A stretch of DNA of 64,000 bases. It comes from an uncultured delta proteobacterium (lineage in GTDB: Bacteria > Desulfobacterota > Binatia > Binatales > Binataceae). A model generated the notes under the pieces. That model was not told the origin of the DNA, did not search any database, and was given only the letters and a program-made list of their open reading frames with translations. Shown here piece by piece: positions 59,406 to 64,000 of the stretch (position 1 is the stretch's first letter; each line of letters starts with the position of its first letter). Both the position numbers and the translations under genes were made by a program. The stretch covers positions 1 to 64,000 of the forward strand of contig CAVXXK010000007.1 in NCBI GenBank assembly GCA_963765675.1. The letters run 5' to 3'.

Positions 59406-60302
59406 TTGGATGGCCTCTTGAGTATTGAATCGCACACGCTCTCTCTTGTGCGCAGCCCATGGACCGCGGTGCTTGACAGGCTCCTCTCCGTTGCGGACCG
59501 GGACCTGCTAATCGCTTGCCCGTTTGTGACGCGTTCCGGCACTGAGAGGATCCTTAGGCACGCTGATCTGCGCGATCCTCGCCCATCGATGCGCATTGAG
59601 CTTATTACTGACCTGAGACCCGAAAGCGTTCTCGCGGGTTCCATGGACCTCGACGCTTTAGCGGGTTTAGGTCGAAGGATGCCCGGCTTCGAGCTGACGC
59701 ACTTACCGAGCGTTCACGCGAAGGTCTACGTGGCGGATTGCAAGATGGCTATCGTGACATCGGGGAATCTCACGCAGCCAGGTCTCAGGGGAAACGTCGA
59801 ATATGGCGTTGCTTTGACGGACGAGGCAGTTGTCCAAGAGGTGAGAGCAGACTTCGAGGGCTATGCATCGCTCGGCGCAAAGATTTCGATCGACGACGTG
59901 TTGGCGCTCGCAGCGGAGACGGAAGAACTCAAGGTGCTCTTCCAGCGCGCAGAGAGCTCCATGCGCATCCGCGCGCGGCATGCGTTTGATAAAAGATTGA
60001 AATCGACTCATCTTCGACTGCTACGTCACAGGGCGAAAGGAAAAACGACGCACGCTATCTTCGCAGATACGATACGGTTCCTACTCGCGAAAAGCCCCTT
60101 AGAGACAGAGGAGATTCACCCGCTGATTCGATTGCTGCACCCAGATCTCTGCGATGATTCCATAGACCGGGTCATTGAGGGCGTGCACTTCGGAAAGAAG
60201 TGGAAGCATCACGTTCGGAACGCGCAGCAGTATCTGAAACGGCACGGAGAGATCCGCTTTGACGGTGCACGGTGGCAGCTTGTCGACCGATCTGAACTAT
60301 AA
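59406..60302 (+). CDS. Phospholipase-D-family nuclease (single HKD) with a C-terminal winged-helix-like domain
   Basis: VHAKVYVAD...TSGNLT...NVEYG; C-terminus KWKHHVRNAQQYLK..G.I......W. Confidence 0.8.
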   Translation: MDGLLSIESHTLSLVRSPWTAVLDRLLSVADRDLLIACPFVTRSGTERILRHADLRDPRPSMRIELITDLRPESVLAGSMDLDALAGLGRRMPGFELTHLPSVHAKVYVADCKMAIVTSGNLTQPGLRGNVEYGVALTDEAVVQEVRADFEGYASLGAKISIDDVLALAAETEELKVLFQRAESSMRIRARHAFDKRLKSTHLRLLRHRAKGKTTHAIFADTIRFLLAKSPLETEEIHPLIRLLHPDLCDDSIDRVIEGVHFGKKWKHHVRNAQQYLKRHGEIRFDGARWQLVDRSEL

Positions 60303-60360
60303 AATGCGGATCGAAGCGCTAGACCGAGTTAACGAAACCGCCGCTCTTGGAAGAAGAGTA

Positions 60361-60927
60361 ATGAAGAAACCAATCCAAATCGGCAAGTCTTATGCGATAG
60401 CCGCGATCGTTGCGGCGATCTTCTGCACGATGGTGTTTGCGGCGAGTGCGCACGCGGCGGCGTCGGCGCGGGATATCGCGGCGCTCAAGAAAGCCAAGCT
60501 CATCTATATCGCGACGGTCCGTAAAGACGGCAATCAGAGCCGTGCGGTCCCGGTCTGGTTCGTGGTCGATAAGGACAACCGCGTGCTGATTCAGACTGGT
60601 CCGCAAAGCTGGAAGGCCAAGCGTATTCGGCGCGGCAGCCCGGCATTGATCTGGATTGGAAACAGCGCCGGCCCCGCATTTATCGGCACGGCGGAAATCA
60701 CGACCGAGGCCGCGGTGACTTCGCAAATAGAAAGCGATATTCCGCGCAAGTACCTGCTCGCGCGGGTGGGGTTCTCACGCCCGACACAGGCGAAGTTTGA
60801 CGCCGGGACAATCTGCGCGATCCGGATCACGCCTGCGCGCGATCTGCCCGACGGCTTCGAATCCAAGCCGGGAACCCCTGCGCCCACGGTCGCCGCGGCG
60901 CCGATGGCGTCAACCAAAGCGCAATAG
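60361..60927 (+). CDS. Pyridoxamine-5'-phosphate-oxidase-like split-barrel protein with a signal peptide
   Basis: IATVRKDG...VPVWF...SWKAKRIRR; AHA-A cleavage site. Confidence 0.75.
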   Translation: MKKPIQIGKSYAIAAIVAAIFCTMVFAASAHAAASARDIAALKKAKLIYIATVRKDGNQSRAVPVWFVVDKDNRVLIQTGPQSWKAKRIRRGSPALIWIGNSAGPAFIGTAEITTEAAVTSQIESDIPRKYLLARVGFSRPTQAKFDAGTICAIRITPARDLPDGFESKPGTPAPTVAAAPMASTKAQ

Positions 60928-60996
60928 AATCGTGGATGACGAGGGTCGGGAAATTTTTCTCTGGAATCATCACGGCGCGGGAGTAAAATAATTTTT

Positions 60997-61407
60997 ATGG
61001 CACAGGAGAGTGCATCGCTGCTCATCGGCAGGGCGCTTCGCAAGCGTTGCCCGGTATGTGGCAACGGCGCGGTCTTCGCCTCGCACTTCCACATGAACCG
61101 GACCTGCCCGGCCTGCCATGCGATATTCTGGAAAGATCCCGGCGAGTCGCTCGGTGCTATGTACCTTGACTATGCGGTCGCTGCGGGTGCGTTTCTGATT
61201 TGCTGGGCAATCCTGGATTGGACCACCAGTCTTTCCGATCTCACCCAGCTCGTCATTTTGTCGGTGATCGCGGTCGCGAGCGTGTTGGCATGCTTCCCCT
61301 ACACCCGCAGCGCATGGACGGTGCTGGTGTATATCTCGGGCGGAATCGAACGTCCGCAGCTCCGCGTGATTCGCGGCGGCAAAGACGATTCCCATCGCGC
61401 CGCCTAG
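60997..61407 (+). CDS. DUF983 family membrane protein
   Basis: RCPVCG.G..F....CPAC zinc ribbon plus two TM segments. Confidence 0.8.
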   Translation: MAQESASLLIGRALRKRCPVCGNGAVFASHFHMNRTCPACHAIFWKDPGESLGAMYLDYAVAAGAFLICWAILDWTTSLSDLTQLVILSVIAVASVLACFPYTRSAWTVLVYISGGIERPQLRVIRGGKDDSHRAA

Positions 61408-62585
61408 CGGCGCATCGCTGCGATCTTCTGCGGCAGTTTCGCGAGGCGTTCGGCGGCTCGCGCGATCGTTTCATCGCTCTTCGAGAAGGTGAAGCGCACC
61501 TGGCGATGCCCGAGTTCCGGGCGATGGTAGAAGCTCGAGCCGGGTACGGCGGCGACCCCGACCTCGTCCAGCAGAAACGCGGCGGCGGCGAAATCGTCCT
61601 TGAATCCGAGCGGTCCGATGTCCGCCATTATGTAGTACGCGCCCGCCGGATTGGTGCACTTGAGGCCCGCGCCGGTCAGCGCCGCATAGAGCGCCGCGCG
61701 CTTGCGCTCGTACATCGCGGCCAGCTCCGCATAGAACGACTCCGGCAGGCGCAGCGCGACGGCCCCTGCCTCTTGCAGCGGATGCGGCGCGCCGACGGTC
61801 AGAAAATCGTGAACCTTGCGGATCGCCGACGTGATCCGCTCGGAGGCGATCGCGTAGGCAAGGCGCCATCCGGTTATCGAGTAGGTCTTCGACAGACCAC
61901 TGATCGTAATGGTTCGCTCGGCCATCCCGGGCAGCGTCGCGAGCGAGATATGCCGCGCGCCGCCGTAGATGATGTGCTCGTAAATCTCGTCGGTGATCGC
62001 GAGCGTGTCGTAGCGATTGCATAGAGCCGCGATCGTTTCGAGCTCCGCACGCGTGAAAACCTTGCCGGTCGGATTGTTCGGCGTGTTGACGACGATCGCC
62101 TTGGTGCGCGGGCTGAACGCCGCTTCGAGCTCCGCGCGATCGATCGAAAAATCCGGCTCGCGCAGCGCGACGTACTTTGGCGACGCGCCTGCCAGAATCA
62201 CGTCGGGTCCGTAATTCTCATAAAACGGCTCGAAGATGATCACCTCGTCGCCCGGGTTCACAATCGCGAGCATCGTGGCGACCATCGCCTCGGTCGCGCC
62301 GCAGGTGACGGTCACGTTACGGTCGGCGTCGCACTTGATCCCGTTGTAAGAGCGTACTTTGTCGGCTATCGCGGCGCGGAAGTTGGGCGAGCCGTGGGTG
62401 ATCGCGTACTGGTTATACTCTTCGTCGATCGCGCGCTTGGCGGCCTCTTTGAGCTCAGTGGGCGCGGCAAAATCGGGATATCCCTGGGCCAGATTGACCG
62501 CGCCGGACTTGAGCGCCCGCCGCGTCATCTCGCGGATCACGGACTCGGTGAAAAAACGGGTCTTGTTGGATACGTCGGTCGGCAT
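61404..62585 (-). CDS. Class I/II PLP-dependent aminotransferase
   Basis: NLAQGYPDF, NTPNNPTG, DEIYEH, SKTYSITGWR. Confidence 0.95.
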   Translation of the reverse strand: MPTDVSNKTRFFTESVIREMTRRALKSGAVNLAQGYPDFAAPTELKEAAKRAIDEEYNQYAITHGSPNFRAAIADKVRSYNGIKCDADRNVTVTCGATEAMVATMLAIVNPGDEVIIFEPFYENYGPDVILAGASPKYVALREPDFSIDRAELEAAFSPRTKAIVVNTPNNPTGKVFTRAELETIAALCNRYDTLAITDEIYEHIIYGGARHISLATLPGMAERTITISGLSKTYSITGWRLAYAIASERITSAIRKVHDFLTVGAPHPLQEAGAVALRLPESFYAELAAMYERKRAALYAALTGAGLKCTNPAGAYYIMADIGPLGFKDDFAAAAFLLDEVGVAAVPGSSFYHRPELGHRQVRFTFSKSDETIARAAERLAKLPQKIAAMRR

Positions 62586-62697
62586 CGACCGACCACTTTA
62601 GCGCGCTGGCCGGCGCCAGCACTAGAACCTACCGGAGAAATTGGTCGTGCGCGGGGCAAAGATCTGCCGCCGCGGCGTGGTACCGCATGCTATCGAT

Positions 62698-62898
62698 TCA
62701 GGCGTCGGCCAGGATGGAAGCGCCTTGGCGCAAACGCCAATCGTCGATAACTTCGACGTTAAAACGCCAATCACTGCCTATCTTGAAGCCCGGTAACTGG
62801 CCCTTCTTGAGCAGGCGATAGATAGTTGAGCGATGAACTCGGAGGTACTCCGCGAGCTCATTTACGGTAAGGACCTTGGTAGCGGTGGCAGTCTGCAT
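62698..62898 (-). CDS. Small excisionase-family HTH DNA-binding protein
   Basis: LTVNELAEYLRVHRSTIYRLLKKGQLPGFKIGSDWRF. Confidence 0.88.
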   Translation of the reverse strand: MQTATATKVLTVNELAEYLRVHRSTIYRLLKKGQLPGFKIGSDWRFNVEVIDDWRLRQGASILADA

Positions 62899-63082
62899 AC
62901 TGTTGCGATTCTCCCCATCGCAGTAGCGATTGTTCTAGACGCCCGTACGATAGCATAGACGACTTCCCGTTACCAAACCCAATCGTTAAGGCGTTCAAAG
63001 CAGTCAAATCAGTCTTTGTGTAGGATTATTACACCATCAGATAGTACAAAGGGGCCGGTAGATGTAATAGGAAGTATGATTA

Positions 63083-64000
63083 TCAGCCAAAAAGGCGGAC
63101 TGCGGCTGCACGCAACTCGGCTCGATGGTCAGGATGCGCGATCGCGATCAGCTCGGAGGCGCGTTCGCGATGGTTTTTGCCAAGCAGACGCGCGATTCCG
63201 TACTCACTGATAATTGTATCGGCGAAAAAGCGCGGGATTGTCACGAGCGCTCCCTCCTCGAGCCGGGGAACGATTCGCGAAACCGCGCCGCCCAGCGCGG
63301 TCGAGGCGATCAATGTGATCGAACGACCGCCAGGGCACAGAAATGCCCCCATATGCATCTCGGGTTGGCCTCCGGTGCCGTTGATCATCCGGCCACCCAC
63401 AACGGTTTCGGCGGTGATCTGGCCGGTCAGGTCGATTCCGAGCGCATTGTTGATCGAGGTCTGCCGGTAATTACCCATCAGGGTGCCGATGTTGAGGACA
63501 TATTCGGGATCGTAGAGCTCGAAGGCGGGATTGTCGTCCACGATCTTGAGGTCTTCGGGAGCGGAGCCGGACCATGCTACGGCAACGGCGCGGCCGCGAT
63601 GACTGGTTTTGCGGCGACCGTTGATTATCCCGCGATCGACCAGCCGTGCGATTCCGGGCGCGACCATCTCGGTGTGCAGGCCGAGATCATGCTTGGAGTC
63701 GAACGCGCCCAGGCGCGGCATTTGACCGCTCGGGTCGCCGACGCCGATCTGGATCGTCACGCCGTCCTCGATCACTTCCGAGAGATAGCCCGCGATCGTC
63801 GCGTACTCCTTGGGCGGCGGCGAGATTCCGAGCAGCACACGCAAGTCGGTAATCGACATCCGCTGTAAATATTGCACGATCGGAAAAATTCGGTCGATTC
63901 CAGCCTCGTCGATCGCCGCGCGCACGCCCGCGCGCTTGTCCTCGTCCATCCGGGCCAGTTCGCGCTCGACCACGGCGGGATCCCCGGGCGCGGCGGTAGA
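63083..64000 (-). CDS. Acetyl-CoA hydrolase/4-hydroxybutyrate CoA-transferase family; 5' truncated by window edge
   Basis: IQIGVG, DLGLHTEM, IDLTGQ, GTGGQ, EYGIA, LIAIAHPDHR. Confidence 0.9.
   Translation of the reverse strand, partial: STAAPGDPAVVERELARMDEDKRAGVRAAIDEAGIDRIFPIVQYLQRMSITDLRVLLGISPPPKEYATIAGYLSEVIEDGVTIQIGVGDPSGQMPRLGAFDSKHDLGLHTEMVAPGIARLVDRGIINGRRKTSHRGRAVAVAWSGSAPEDLKIVDDNPAFELYDPEYVLNIGTLMGNYRQTSINNALGIDLTGQITAETVVGGRMINGTGGQPEMHMGAFLCPGGRSITLIASTALGGAVSRIVPRLEEGALVTIPRFFADTIISEYGIARLLGKNHRERASELIAIAHPDHRAELRAAAVRLFG

Noticed and set aside
61105-61119. CPACH as a heme c motif in DUF983
   Set aside because: It is the second half of a paired CxxC zinc ribbon in a protein with no signal peptide.
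62698-62898. Prophage or island excisionase
   Set aside because: No integrase or att site nearby; flanked by metabolic genes, so more likely a small regulator.

Overview
GC-rich bacterial chromosome segment; the gene content resembles Candidatus Binatia (inference only, no marker gene in the window). (1) 1-2632: right end of an integrative mobilizable element (relaxase-helicase C-terminus, Xis-like HTH, tyrosine integrase, duplicated 3' half of tRNA-fMet as att core). (2) 2.7-10.8 kb: a dormancy/protein-repair-like module (BON, CBS, Hsp20, FtsH, PIMT-erythromycin esterase fusion, unknown protein) with divergent sigma54-type promoters, ending in gene fragments and a tRNA-like relic. (3) 11-35 kb: an unrecognised hybrid lipopeptide cluster (FAAL, one-module PKS, stand-alone C domain, dimodular NRPS with a degenerate interface-like first C domain, MbtH, TEII, AurF-like diiron oxygenase) converging on a flippase + LolA-like + LolCDE-like exporter operon. 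(4) 35.4-56.5 kb and 60.4-64 kb: ordinary core genes, several REP/REPIN-like repeats and a MoxR/VWA operon. (5) 56.6-60.3 kb: a methyltransferase-less two-nuclease islet (Mrr-like PD-(D/E)xK protein + PLD/winged-helix protein) interrupted by an IS3-family element. About six single-base frameshifts in otherwise intact genes may be assembly errors. All family calls are from motif recognition by eye; no searches were run.
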